Source: Patescibacteria group bacterium
GTDB taxonomy: Bacteria > Patescibacteriota > UBA1384 > DATEAH01
Reading direction: 5' to 3'
DNA: 64,000 bases
Assembly (NCBI GenBank): GCA_035288465.1
Contig: DATEAH010000005.1
Span: 131,636-195,635 of the forward strand
The translations under genes were made by a program, and so were the position numbers. How positions within the stretch are numbered: the stretch's first letter is position 1; each line of letters opens with the position of its first letter. The notes beneath the pieces were generated by a model, which was not told the DNA's origin, made no database searches, and saw only the letters and a list, made by a program, of their open reading frames with translations. This document shows, in pieces, positions 29,788 through 39,579 of the stretch.

Positions 29788-31605
29788 TTATTTTTTTCGA
29801 GATGAGGCTTTTTTATTTTCTTGCCAGCCAACATACCAATAGTATACCCAAAAAGCGATTACTAAAGCAGCTAAAATTATGCCAATAATAAGTGGCCAAT
29901 TTGTGGGTGCCTCTTCGGTTGTTTTTTCGCCCTCAACTGTGCCTTCGTCTTCTAAGGGTGTCGGGGTTGGTTCAGCAACAGCGGGAGCAGGTTTAGTTTC
30001 AACCACTGCTGAAGCAATTTGGGGTTGTTGAGTTTCAGTTCCAACCCGGGTGACGCTGGCCGGCATATCTGGCGCAATTATAATTAATTTTGGAGTAGCA
30101 GAGATGGTAACTTCATTAGATTTATTACCGGCTAAATCAAAGGCAATAATTTTATAAATATAGGTCTTACCGCCAATGACGCTGGTATCTTTATAGAAAT
30201 TATCGGTTGTGTCTGCAATCCATTTAAAGGGACTACCGCTACGATAAATCATATAATATGCCGCATCTAAGTCATCAGCCCAATAAAGAGATATGTATCC
30301 TTCACCAGAAATAGCCAATAAATTTTGTGGTGCTTGCGGCGGAACATTATCCTCAATAGTTAAATCGGCGGTGCTTTGTGAGAGATTATTAGCTGAATCT
30401 AAAATATTAATTGTCAAACTATAAATCTGGTTCGTGTTATTTATTAGGTTTGGGTAAAAAACAAGAGAATAAATATTATCTCCAGCAGTTTGATCACCAT
30501 TGGTGCCATCGTCATAGAGCGACGAAATACCCAAACCGCTATCCACAGCCGTTAAATCAATATTGACACTCCCAATACTAATATTGTCAGTAATTTCAGC
30601 AGTAATTAAAACCGGCTGAGAACCATTACCTTTAACTGTATTGGGGGTAAGAATTATATTGGAAATTTCGGGTAAAACCGTATCAATATCAAGATTATTA
30701 CCAGAAGATTGGCCCACATCAGAAATATTTCCGGCAGGGTCGATTAAAGTAGCATCTAAAATTTCAACATTATCTGCTGAAAAATCACTTGCCAAGACCG
30801 TGTAGGTGGCAGAATAAGTGCCATCGCCATTATCTGTCCATGACAAAGTTTGGCCGTTAAAAGAACCATTAGCGGTTAGACCTGCTTCCAGATTTTCAGC
30901 CGTAATGGTAATTTGAATCTGACCACCAATTCCCAATAAGGCTGAACTGGGATTAAAGGTGATTTGGCTAATTTGAGGCGTGGTAATATCTAAAAAAACG
31001 GTCGCTGAATAATGCGGTGAATAACTATATCCTGAGCTAATAAATGTCCTAAATTGAACGTACACAATTCTTGGCCCGTCTGTGCCAGCAGCTAATGTCC
31101 AATTTCTAGTTGTCGAATACGCCTCAAAAACTGAAAAATGGATATCATCATTTGAAAATCTCATTTCATCGGGCGTCACGTCGTTTCGGCTGCCAGAAAT
31201 AGTTAAAACCACTTCCCTATTAATATCAGTGGCATAAGTGGCTCCGCCGTCAATCAAAATCGAACCCACCCAAGAAACTACCTGGGGTTGAATTTGCGAA
31301 GAGCTGGCTTTGACTGGCAGGGTTGATGAGATAGTTCGGGTCGGTTGGGTTGAGGCAGTAATTGATTTGATGGGTACGTCTTTAACTTTGGGTAAGGTCG
31401 GCTGGTTGTCGACATCTTTAACTTGCGGTAAAGTTTCAAAATCATCATTTGTTTGAGATTCATTTGTTAAATTCGCTTCAGAATTTTCCGATTGGGCAAG
31501 ATTTTTTACAGCCCCAATATTTTGTACCGCCGCTCTCGCAACCCCCACAAAAGTAAATTGGCTCATTAAGCTCAAAGCTAATAAATAAGATAATAATTTT
31601 TTCAC
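29788..31605 (-). CDS. Surface protein with Ig-like, choice-of-anchor-X-like and FN3 domains and a C-terminal TM anchor
   Basis: Signal peptide after AAGGAGG RBS; DNGDGTY, D.AGN repeats, LYDDGTNGDQTAGDNIYS, PPQAPQNL...Y.IYR...Y.D...Y.Y.I.A.D.AGN.S. Confidence 0.8.
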   Translation of the reverse strand: MKKLLSYLLALSLMSQFTFVGVARAAVQNIGAVKNLAQSENSEANLTNESQTNDDFETLPQVKDVDNQPTLPKVKDVPIKSITASTQPTRTISSTLPVKASSSQIQPQVVSWVGSILIDGGATYATDINREVVLTISGSRNDVTPDEMRFSNDDIHFSVFEAYSTTRNWTLAAGTDGPRIVYVQFRTFISSGYSYSPHYSATVFLDITTPQISQITFNPSSALLGIGGQIQITITAENLEAGLTANGSFNGQTLSWTDNGDGTYSATYTVLASDFSADNVEILDATLIDPAGNISDVGQSSGNNLDIDTVLPEISNIILTPNTVKGNGSQPVLITAEITDNISIGSVNIDLTAVDSGLGISSLYDDGTNGDQTAGDNIYSLVFYPNLINNTNQIYSLTINILDSANNLSQSTADLTIEDNVPPQAPQNLLAISGEGYISLYWADDLDAAYYMIYRSGSPFKWIADTTDNFYKDTSVIGGKTYIYKIIAFDLAGNKSNEVTISATPKLIIIAPDMPASVTRVGTETQQPQIASAVVETKPAPAVAEPTPTPLEDEGTVEGEKTTEEAPTNWPLIIGIILAALVIAFWVYYWYVGWQENKKASSRKK

Positions 31606-31984
31606 CACTTCCTCCTTCATCTCGAGCTTAGTCGAGAGATTATTTTTAATTTTTAACCCGCCTTCGTCCCCCACTAACAGCCGGGGGCTTAGGCGAGGTT
31701 TTCGCTCCAACTTGGCAGAGCTTCAAAAACCACAAATCAATAAAAGCAACCTTGGCTGCTCAAACTGATTTGTGGTTGGTCTCACTATTTTGCACCCATA
31801 ATTCCAAGTGGCCGAATAAAGAATCATAGGTTAAAGTTAAACCACGAAATTTTTCAATCTCACCCTAAGACTGGTGTCCTAAGACGCAAAAAAAAGAGGT
31901 TTCCCCTCCCTTTATTATAAAACCTTTTTTACAATTTAATTGTATTATTTATATTCCTACTGTCAAGCCTGACTTATCCACAGA

Positions 31985-32758
31985 TTATTTAAAAACTAAT
32001 AAAAGGTTTTTAGTAAAAATTTTTCTAAAATTAGTGGCAGTGTCTAACCATGAATTTGCATATTTTTCCATAAATTTTCCCCAGATTTTAAATTCATTAA
32101 AATTATCACCTTGAGGATTGGTGGGGATAGAAGTATTTTGATTTAATACTGAACTTGAATGAGTTGGAACAGATTTGGTAATATCGCGATTGGCGGCTTG
32201 AGGAGCTGGACCAATTTGAGTCCCAAACATTTGCACCACCACCGTGGTATTAGAACCTGAAAATTCACCACTCATAACTGCAATTCCAATTTCATTAAAA
32301 TCAGGATCTAAAATATTGGCACGGTGAGAAGGGCTGTTCATCCAAGCCGCAAAAACGGTATTGGAATCTTCAAAATCAATCGCTAAGTTTTCGCCGGCAG
32401 TGCGGTAATTATAACCCACAAGCTTAAACCAATACCAAGAAGTTAAACCTTCGGGAGAGGCATGGGCAAAATAATCTTTGGCAAGCATGTCATTGGCTTT
32501 GGCGGCAGCGGCTTGGTTTAATTTTGAATTTATTGATAAGGGAGCAACCCTATTATCTAAGCGAGCCGAGTTAGTTAAACTAAAAATACTATTGGTGCTA
32601 ATTTGCGCCAAAACAGTTTGAGGAACTAAACCGACAATAATAAAAGAAATCGAGAGAGCAACGACTTTGAATTGGTTTAAAATTTTATTTTTGTTTTGAG
32701 AATTCATAAAAACCCTGTCCGGATCGGCCCTCAACCTTCCATTGGGGTTTTTAAACAT
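31985..32758 (-). CDS. CAP (SCP-like) domain protein
   Basis: LTN.AR, KANDM...YFAH, AGENLA, WMNSPSHRANIL..EIGIAV, VVQMFG. Confidence 0.92.
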   Translation of the reverse strand: MFKNPNGRLRADPDRVFMNSQNKNKILNQFKVVALSISFIIVGLVPQTVLAQISTNSIFSLTNSARLDNRVAPLSINSKLNQAAAAKANDMLAKDYFAHASPEGLTSWYWFKLVGYNYRTAGENLAIDFEDSNTVFAAWMNSPSHRANILDPDFNEIGIAVMSGEFSGSNTTVVVQMFGTQIGPAPQAANRDITKSVPTHSSSVLNQNTSIPTNPQGDNFNEFKIWGKFMEKYANSWLDTATNFRKIFTKNLLLVFK

Positions 32759-32941
32759 TATATTATTATATCAAAAAAATTATCATTTGTCAACCCAAGA
32801 TGAATTATCGCAATTTTTAAATTTTTAATGATCACTAAAAACGAAGCTAAAATTAGGCTATCCCCAAGTTATCCACTTGCCAAAACCTTATTTTGCAAAT
32901 AAAATGCAATTGGGAATAGTTTGCAGAATATTAATTAACCT

Positions 32942-33367
32942 GTGGATAACTATATGGATAACTTTCAAAATAAATACAAATGGCAAAAGCTGACTAACCA
33001 ACGCACGCAGATTTTGGAATTTTTACAAACGAATTTAAACCACCCCACGGCCGAAGAAATCCATCAAGCTATCAGGCCATATTTAGCCAGGCTAAGTTTA
33101 TCAACTATATATAGGAACCTGAGAAGCTTAGAATCAGAAGGAGTGGTTAGCTCAATTAAGACTCCGGATAGAAAAATTCATTTTGAACATGCTGGTGCTG
33201 ATCACGCCCATTTTTATTGCCTTTTTTGCCGAAAATTGATCCAACTGCCTCTAGCCGAAATTATTGACATTAAAAAACGCCTGGCGATTAAAAATTACCA
33301 GGTTCAAAAAGTTGATATTATTTTTGAAGGCATCTGCCCAGATTGTGTTTTAAAAAAACTTGAGTAA
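32942..33367 (+). CDS. Fur/PerR-family transcriptional regulator
   Basis: T.QR..IL, HPTAEEI, STIYRNL, HAHFYC..C, GICPDC. Confidence 0.92.
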   Translation: MDNYMDNFQNKYKWQKLTNQRTQILEFLQTNLNHPTAEEIHQAIRPYLARLSLSTIYRNLRSLESEGVVSSIKTPDRKIHFEHAGADHAHFYCLFCRKLIQLPLAEIIDIKKRLAIKNYQVQKVDIIFEGICPDCVLKKLE

Positions 33368-33772
33368 ATTATTTTTTATTTTATAAGAATTGCAATGCCC
33401 CAATAAGCCCAGATAAGAAGACAAATTTTTATGATTAATCTTTTTAAACATCCTTTTTTGGGTTTTAGCTCTTAAGAGCCGATAATGTGGCAAAACCACA
33501 TAGCCCAAGAAATCTATACCTTGTCTTAATTTACGAATGATGATTTTGTTTGGATATAAATTCAAGCTGAGTTTTTTGTTTAAAAAATTTATAATAGGAT
33601 TTAATAACTTTATTAAGTTATCTCTGTCAGCGTCTAAAAACACAAAGTCATCGCAATAGCGAAGATAATACTTAATTTTCAAATAGTGCTTTATGAATTT
33701 ATCCAGCTCGCCAAGATAAATATTGGCGAAAAGTTGGGAGGTTAAATTGCCGATTGGAATTCCCCTTTTCCA
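33350..33772 (-). pseudogene. N-terminally truncated DGR-type reverse transcriptase
   Basis: Frame extended upstream of the ORF call reads RGIPIGNLTSQLFANIYLGELDKFIKH.LKIKYYLRYCDDF ... GIDFLGY ... SYLGLLGH; RT motifs 1-3 absent. Confidence 0.88.
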
Positions 33773-33935
33773 CCTTCCGCCAGCTGGCGGAGTGGATTTT
33801 GTCCCACGAAAGTGGGATTATAGGTGCATCCCGCACTTAGCGAGAATTGTCCATATTTTAGCATAGCTCAGTTAAAAAGTTAAGACCAAAAACGAAAATT
33901 AGTTATTTTAAACTATTATAAACTTTTATGTTAAA

Positions 33936-35633
33936 ATGAAATCAAGAGGGAAAATGCTGAATAAAATTGCGAAAAATTTATTAAACTTTGTTTTTTTAGC
34001 GATTTTATTAATTTTACCTATCAAATCACATGCCCAAACAGAAGCGATTAGAAATCTTAACGCCGAAATTACAGTTGAAAAAACAGGTTTAGTCGATATT
34101 GTGGAAACAATTGACTATTATTTTCCTACTGCCAAACATGGCATTTATCGCTATATTCCAAATCGATTCAAAGAGAGCTCTGGCCGCAAATTCAAAACTG
34201 AGCTCAAAATTCTAAAAATTAAGAATGAAAAAGGGAAGTCTATCCCCTACACCACTAGTCAAAATGGCGATAATTTAGAAATTAAAATCGGTGATGCCAA
34301 CAAAACGGTTAATGGTGATTATCAATATCAAATTCATTATCAAATTTCTGGTGTAATCAATAGTTTTTCAGATCATGATGAGCTGTACTGGAATGTCACC
34401 GGCACTGGCTGGGAAGTACCAATTGAAAAAGCCCAAGCGCGAGTGGTTTTACCAGATGTGATAAATCCCGCCAGTCTTCAAGATCGCTGTTTCACTGGTT
34501 CACAAGGTGCCACAAATGAAAATTGTTCAAAAAGTATCAATCAAAATCTGGTCGATTTTTCAGCCAGCGGAAATTTAACCGTGGTGGTAGGCTGGGAAAA
34601 AGGGGTAGTCACAATCCCCGCTCGAGAATATGTTTTTTCCGGTTTTAATTCTTGGTGGTTAATGATAATTCCATTTGTGGTTTTTTTGCTCTTTTCCTAT
34701 ATATTATTAAAATTTGGCCGAGATCCCAAAAAAATCACCACCATTGCCCCGGAATTTTCGCCACCGCAAAATTTGACAATTCCGGAAATGGGCACGATTT
34801 TGGATGACCGCGTCGAACCTGCTGATTTGACTTCGCAAATAATTTTTTGGGCCACCAAAGGATATATTAAAATCAAAGAGGAAGAAAAAACCTTTTTGCG
34901 GGGCCAAAATTATACTTTAATCAAACTCAAGGATCTGCCCCAACATGCCAAATCTTTTGAAAAAATGTTTTTTGAAGCCTTATTTGAAAACCAACAAAAA
35001 GTGAAGCTTTCCGAACTTAAAGTAAAAACCACTTTTTATAAAAAGTGGCGAGAAATTTCACAAAAAATTTATACAGATTTAATGATCGAAAAGTATTTTC
35101 CCCAAAATCCAGATAAAATTCGAAAAAAATATCTTTGGATTGGCCTTGGCATTATCATTGCCGCCGCGATCGCGGGCCCGTTACTTTTATCATATACTTT
35201 GGGCATTGCCCTATTTCTAACTGCCGCAACCGTGATGATTTTTGGCTATTTTATGCCCAGAAAAACCTTAAAAGGTGTAGCGGCTTTGCAAAAAATATTG
35301 GGTTTTAAAGAATATATTACTAAGGTAGAAAAATATCGCACGCATTGGGCAGAAGATGAAAATATTTTCTTGGATTTTCTGCCATACGCAATTTTGTTTG
35401 GCGTGGGTGATAAATGGGCAAAAACTTTTAAAGATATTTACAAAGAACAACCCGACTGGTATGAGGGTAATTGGACGACTTTTAACACCATGGTTTTTAT
35501 AAGTAATTTAAATGGTTTTAATAGCACTTGGTCTGGGGCAGTTTCCGGAGCAGCTTCAGGTTCGTCTGGTTTTTCGGGTGGTGGTGGTTTTTCTGGCGGT
35601 GGTTTTGGCGGTGGCGGTGGCGGCAGCTGGTAA
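33936..35633 (+). CDS. DUF2207 membrane protein
   Basis: V.ETI.Y.F...HGI.R.IP, ELYWNVTG.GW, GRDP, LPYA..FG....W, Gly-rich GGGGGSW end. Confidence 0.92.
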   Translation: MKSRGKMLNKIAKNLLNFVFLAILLILPIKSHAQTEAIRNLNAEITVEKTGLVDIVETIDYYFPTAKHGIYRYIPNRFKESSGRKFKTELKILKIKNEKGKSIPYTTSQNGDNLEIKIGDANKTVNGDYQYQIHYQISGVINSFSDHDELYWNVTGTGWEVPIEKAQARVVLPDVINPASLQDRCFTGSQGATNENCSKSINQNLVDFSASGNLTVVVGWEKGVVTIPAREYVFSGFNSWWLMIIPFVVFLLFSYILLKFGRDPKKITTIAPEFSPPQNLTIPEMGTILDDRVEPADLTSQIIFWATKGYIKIKEEEKTFLRGQNYTLIKLKDLPQHAKSFEKMFFEALFENQQKVKLSELKVKTTFYKKWREISQKIYTDLMIEKYFPQNPDKIRKKYLWIGLGIIIAAAIAGPLLLSYTLGIALFLTAATVMIFGYFMPRKTLKGVAALQKILGFKEYITKVEKYRTHWAEDENIFLDFLPYAILFGVGDKWAKTFKDIYKEQPDWYEGNWTTFNTMVFISNLNGFNSTWSGAVSGAASGSSGFSGGGGFSGGGFGGGGGGSW

Positions 35634-35649
35634 AATTGTAAACAAAAAA

Positions 35650-35721
35650 TGGGCCTGGCAGGGATCGAACCTGCGACATGACGCTTATAAGACGTCCGCT
35701 CTGCCACTGAGCTACAGGCCC
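35650..35721 (-). tRNA. tRNA-Ile(UAU)
   Basis: GGGCCTG/CAGGCCC-A acceptor, GACGT-CT-TAT-AA-GCGTC, GGTTCGATCC. Confidence 0.92.
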
Positions 35722-35853
35722 CCATTTATACCTAATTATACTTAAAATTGCTCTAAAAGGCAATTTTTTATTGTCTTTATCAAATAATCATGCTATGATT
35801 TATTTAATCCCGCGACACCTGCCGTAACGCCAGAAACCCGGAGGTAAACCGCG

Positions 35854-36348
35854 ATGTCAAACCCAAGAACTCCCTTAACCCAAATTGGCGAATTGCTTGG
35901 AATTGGTGACTTGGCCGAATACATCTTGCACGATCTGAATCCTGAATACCCTGCCTTGTCCCTTAGAATATCTGACTTAAACCGCGAAGTGGTGTATCAG
36001 TCTTTGCTCGAGATGGTTCTTCAAGCTTTAGAGGGCGACCGGATCATCAACCAGCCCACTTCTCCACTTAGATTGGCAATCGGTCCAGCAGTAGAAGCCT
36101 GCCGAGCCTACAATATTCTTTATGGCACGCTTGGTCGCCGCGGCACGCTTGGTTTACCGGAAAAACATTTTAGCGAAATGATTTGGCCCTATCAACTGGC
36201 CCTGACCAATTTCTTGGAACGTCCAGCAGATAAAACAGATGAAAACGAAGTTAAGATTTTAACTGAGTTCTTGGAAGGACTTCTTGGGTTCTTGGTCTGG
36301 GCAACTGCGATGATTCAGGAAGGATCTGACCCCTTTGACAGAAAATAG
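35854..36348 (+). CDS. Hypothetical protein (ORFan-like, helical)
   Basis: GGAGGT RBS; 164-aa ORF. Confidence 0.7.
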   Translation: MSNPRTPLTQIGELLGIGDLAEYILHDLNPEYPALSLRISDLNREVVYQSLLEMVLQALEGDRIINQPTSPLRLAIGPAVEACRAYNILYGTLGRRGTLGLPEKHFSEMIWPYQLALTNFLERPADKTDENEVKILTEFLEGLLGFLVWATAMIQEGSDPFDRK

Positions 36349-36409
36349 TTTCATACGTTATCCATTTCGCCTGATGCGCACCGCGAGCAACCAGCAGAGG
36401 TGAGCTGAG

Positions 36410-36880
36410 ATGGCAGATAATGACGCAGTATCGCAAGTTGCTAATGCTTTTAATCTTGCTGCAGTAGTCGAGGCGATTCTTTATGAAGATTGGGAGACAC
36501 TTTTCAGCGGTCAAGGACATGCTAAAGGTGGGGCGGCAGAATATGAAGCTAATCGATTGGAAAGATTATCACACGTTACTGCGTTTCTTGAATCGGCAAT
36601 AATCGGTTATGAAATAATTATTGACCCAGGCCAAGCTACTAGATACGAAGGTGATTCAGCAAATACCTTTTGTAATAACTTCAGATTAGTTCAGTCTGCT
36701 TTTGAGAAAAATGAAATTAAAGATATTGAGCAGGCTTATCGGCATCTTCTGAATTTAGTTGAAATATTAAAAACCGTCCCCGAAATCATAACTAAATTAT
36801 TCGAGCTTCGTAATTCCTTAGGAGCGCTTGAAAGTCAATTACGAGACCAAGCCAAACAAACTCTTGGAGTGGAGGGGTGA
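36410..36880 (+). CDS. Hypothetical protein (ORFan-like)
   Basis: GAGGTGAGCTGAGATG start context. Confidence 0.7.
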   Translation: MADNDAVSQVANAFNLAAVVEAILYEDWETLFSGQGHAKGGAAEYEANRLERLSHVTAFLESAIIGYEIIIDPGQATRYEGDSANTFCNNFRLVQSAFEKNEIKDIEQAYRHLLNLVEILKTVPEIITKLFELRNSLGALESQLRDQAKQTLGVEG

Positions 36881-36886
36881 GCTGAA

Positions 36887-37411
36887 ATGGATCAGCGAGA
36901 GCTTGAGAAGAAGCATAAACCCGAAAGGTATCCAGAACTTTATGGCGAGGAGTTGATTCGGAAAACACACGAAGCGGCAATGGCAATATTTCGAACTACG
37001 GCATTTATTAAAGATCAAACTATTAGAGATTATCCCGAAAGTGTTGTCCCACAATTTGAAATTCTCTGCCAATTTCTAATTGCCTCAGGGTGCGCCTTTA
37101 AACATTTTATGACTGATCCGAACGAACGAAGTTCTATCCCGCCAACCTTTAATCATTTTGAGATGATACAGTTTTTCGTCAGATTCGCCCACACCTTTGA
37201 CAATAAATTCAGTCCCGAAATCAAAGATTATAAAGATGGTTTCGAACCTCTGACCCAACTTCTGCAGAGATTCGAACTGGCCCTTTTCAATTATATGCAT
37301 AACCCAACCCTGACTGTCACCGATGATTTTCGACAATTGGTCATTTGTATTTCTCGGACCTACGAAGCTTATTATAATGAAGGTTTTAGGCGCCATCGCC
37401 TAGCTGCATAA
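36887..37411 (+). CDS. Hypothetical protein (ORFan-like)
   Basis: GGGGTGAGCTGAAATG start context; followed by a terminator. Confidence 0.7.
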   Translation: MDQRELEKKHKPERYPELYGEELIRKTHEAAMAIFRTTAFIKDQTIRDYPESVVPQFEILCQFLIASGCAFKHFMTDPNERSSIPPTFNHFEMIQFFVRFAHTFDNKFSPEIKDYKDGFEPLTQLLQRFELALFNYMHNPTLTVTDDFRQLVICISRTYEAYYNEGFRRHRLAA

Positions 37412-37471
37412 TTAGAATTATCACCTGCCCCGTGAGGCTAAAAACACTTTTTTGCCCTGCGGGGATTTTTT

Positions 37472-37533
37472 TATAGGCTCGGTGCCCATAATCCCGCCTT
37501 CCAAGCGTTATGACAGGTAACTTTGCGGGGTGA
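37472..37533 (+). repeat. 62-bp dispersed double-hairpin repeat, copy A
   Basis: Ungapped match to 40552-40613 (48/62) and to 45502-45563 (reverse strand). Confidence 0.85.
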
Positions 37534-37673
37534 TTCAACTCGATGGCGATAATCCCGATTTTACCTCCTTGACCCCGCACAATATTTAATATTCGCGAAG
37601 ATCTACGTTCTCGACTCAAGCGTCATATATGCGGGGTCTACGCCCCGCTCCGTGCGTAGCTCTGGTGTGGGGC

Positions 37674-37702
37674 TTGACAAACCCATTTTATTTTGCTATA
37701 AT
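37674..37702 (+). promoter_or_regulatory. Consensus sigma70 promoter of the L,D-transpeptidase gene
   Basis: TTGACA-17 nt-TATAAT with TG extension. Confidence 0.8.
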
Positions 37703-37796
37703 GGTATAATTTGAAAAATGTCTCGTCAACCATTGATTGAGACACGGTCCTCAATAAGGAGGGGGCTGTCAAAAACAAAAATAGAAAAGGAAAAAA

Positions 37797-39269
37797 ATGA
37801 ACGTGAAAGTTGGCAGTTTGACTTTTGGCAATAATTCCAAAGTCATCACTCAAAAACAAAATGTAAAAAATCAAAAAGCGGTTACTTTTTGGAATCACAA
37901 AGCGGTTAAACCTACTTTAGGCATTATGACCTTTTTAGCTGTCACTCTTTTAGGCTATGGCTCATTCGCCTATGCTTTTCAACACAAGATTTATCCGGGT
38001 GTTAATGTGGCCGGAATTAATTTGGGCGGAAAAACTAAAGACGAAGCGCTTCAGCTTTTAGGCCAAAAATACAAAGAATGGTCAAGCCAAAAAATGACGG
38101 TGGCAGTTGGTGATACCAAAGTGACGGAAAAATTAACCAACATCGGCGTTAGTTATAGCCCTGGCGACTTAGCTGATAAAGCGTTTGCGGTTGGTCATAG
38201 TCAAAATTGGTTTGAAAACGCCAAATCAACGGTGAATTTAGCTTTCAACGAAGTTAGTTTTAATCCTACCTATAATATTAGTAAAAAGAAATGGAACAAT
38301 TATTTAAATCAATTAAGTTCTAAAATTGAAAAAAAGGCCGAAGATCCCCACTTAGAATTAGCCAATGGTAAAACCAAGATCGTTTTAGGCCAAACTGGCA
38401 TTACTTTAGAAACTGATAAATTAAAAGACCAAATTTTTACCAAAGCTCAAGCTGGCACTTTAGATGAGATTCAAGCTCCAGTGACCAAAAGCCAAATTGC
38501 AGTTCCTGATGATCAAGCGGCTCAAATTACCCAAACTGCGGATAATTATTTAGCCCATACAATTTCTTTAACCTATGAAAATCAAAATTATGTGGCTTCA
38601 AAAAGTGAAATTTTCACTTGGTTAATTTTAACTAAAAATGGTGAAGATTTCAGTTTAAGCCTTTCTAGCCAAACCATTGCCGGTTTTGTGAGTTCTGCTG
38701 CCCGTCATATTGATAAAGCGGCAATTGCTAAAGAAGTCACTCCTGCTGGACAAGTTTTATCTGAAGGTGCGGCTGGTCAAGCAGTTAATCAATCTGCGGC
38801 AGTGTCGGCGGTTAAAGCGGCTTTAGCCGGTAAGGGTTCAGACCAAATCGCTTTAGCGGTATCACCAGTTCAACCATCGGTTCGCACTATTTACCCTGCT
38901 GGGACTCCTGGTTTATTCCCTGGCAAATACATTGAAATTGTGCTTTCTAAACAAACCTTATATGCTTTTGATGGACAAACTTTAGTCAGATCGTTCTTAA
39001 TTTCTTCTGGAGTTGCAAGTCACCCTTCTCCTGTTGGTATGTTCGCCATCTATTCAAAATCACGTTCTGTTTTAATGTCTGGCCCTGACTATTATTTACC
39101 TAATGTTCAATGGGTTAACAGATTTTACGGCCCTTATTCAATTCACGGCACTTACTGGCATAGCAACTTCGGTCACCCCATGAGCCATGGATGTATCAAC
39201 GCGACTAACGGCGATGCTGCCTTCATCTACACTTGGGCGCCAATGGGTACTCCGGTCGTAATTCACTAA
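37797..39269 (+). CDS. L,D-transpeptidase (YkuD) with PG_binding_4/YoaR-like N-terminal domain
   Basis: KIYPGV.VAG..LGG.T; IEI.LS.Q.L; SIHGTYWH.NFG.PMSHGCIN. Confidence 0.92.
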   Translation: MNVKVGSLTFGNNSKVITQKQNVKNQKAVTFWNHKAVKPTLGIMTFLAVTLLGYGSFAYAFQHKIYPGVNVAGINLGGKTKDEALQLLGQKYKEWSSQKMTVAVGDTKVTEKLTNIGVSYSPGDLADKAFAVGHSQNWFENAKSTVNLAFNEVSFNPTYNISKKKWNNYLNQLSSKIEKKAEDPHLELANGKTKIVLGQTGITLETDKLKDQIFTKAQAGTLDEIQAPVTKSQIAVPDDQAAQITQTADNYLAHTISLTYENQNYVASKSEIFTWLILTKNGEDFSLSLSSQTIAGFVSSAARHIDKAAIAKEVTPAGQVLSEGAAGQAVNQSAAVSAVKAALAGKGSDQIALAVSPVQPSVRTIYPAGTPGLFPGKYIEIVLSKQTLYAFDGQTLVRSFLISSGVASHPSPVGMFAIYSKSRSVLMSGPDYYLPNVQWVNRFYGPYSIHGTYWHSNFGHPMSHGCINATNGDAAFIYTWAPMGTPVVIH

Positions 39270-39290
39270 CAAAAATTAGAAATATCAAAT

Positions 39291-39327
39291 AAAAAAAGGG
39301 CTCCGAAAATTCGGGGCTCTTTTTTTT
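39291..39327 (+). terminator. Rho-independent terminator
   Basis: AAAGGGCTCCGAA-AA-TTCGGGGCTCTTTTTTTT. Confidence 0.8.
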
Positions 39328-39393
39328 GTGCTTAAATTGAGGTATAATTAGGATAATTTCCAGGACTTTAACAACTTATTAAAAACAAGGGGG

Positions 39394-39573
39394 ATGAAGT
39401 CGATAGCTAAAGGAATGCGGCGCTCTAAAAAATTTGCGAGATTAAGGGCAGAATGCCAGGTTGCTACGGTAATTCAAAATTTCGGTAATGGAGAAATGAT
39501 TGAGCTAATCCAAAAACTTAACGATGAATCCAGGAGAAAGTATAATGGATATAAACGTCGAAGGAGGAGATAA
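39394..39573 (+). CDS. 59-aa basic hypothetical protein (not in ORF track)
   Basis: MKSIAKGMRRSKKFARLRAECQ...YKRRRRR; its 3' end carries the RBS of the next gene. Confidence 0.45.
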   Translation: MKSIAKGMRRSKKFARLRAECQVATVIQNFGNGEMIELIQKLNDESRRKYNGYKRRRRR

Positions 39574-39579
39574 ATCTAG

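Noticed and set aside
33350-33772. Group II intron or retron RT
   Set aside because: Motif 4 is PIG..TSQ rather than PQG..SP; no domain V/VI RNA or VTG signature seen
33350-33935. DGR template repeat or avd next to the RT
   Set aside because: No AAC/AAT-rich repeat matching 63781-63900 and no Avd-like ORF found by eye here or elsewhere in the window
35438-35763. Short ORFs 35438-35725, 35512-35745 and 35518-35763
   Set aside because: Shadows of tRNA-Ile and the Gly-rich end of DUF2207
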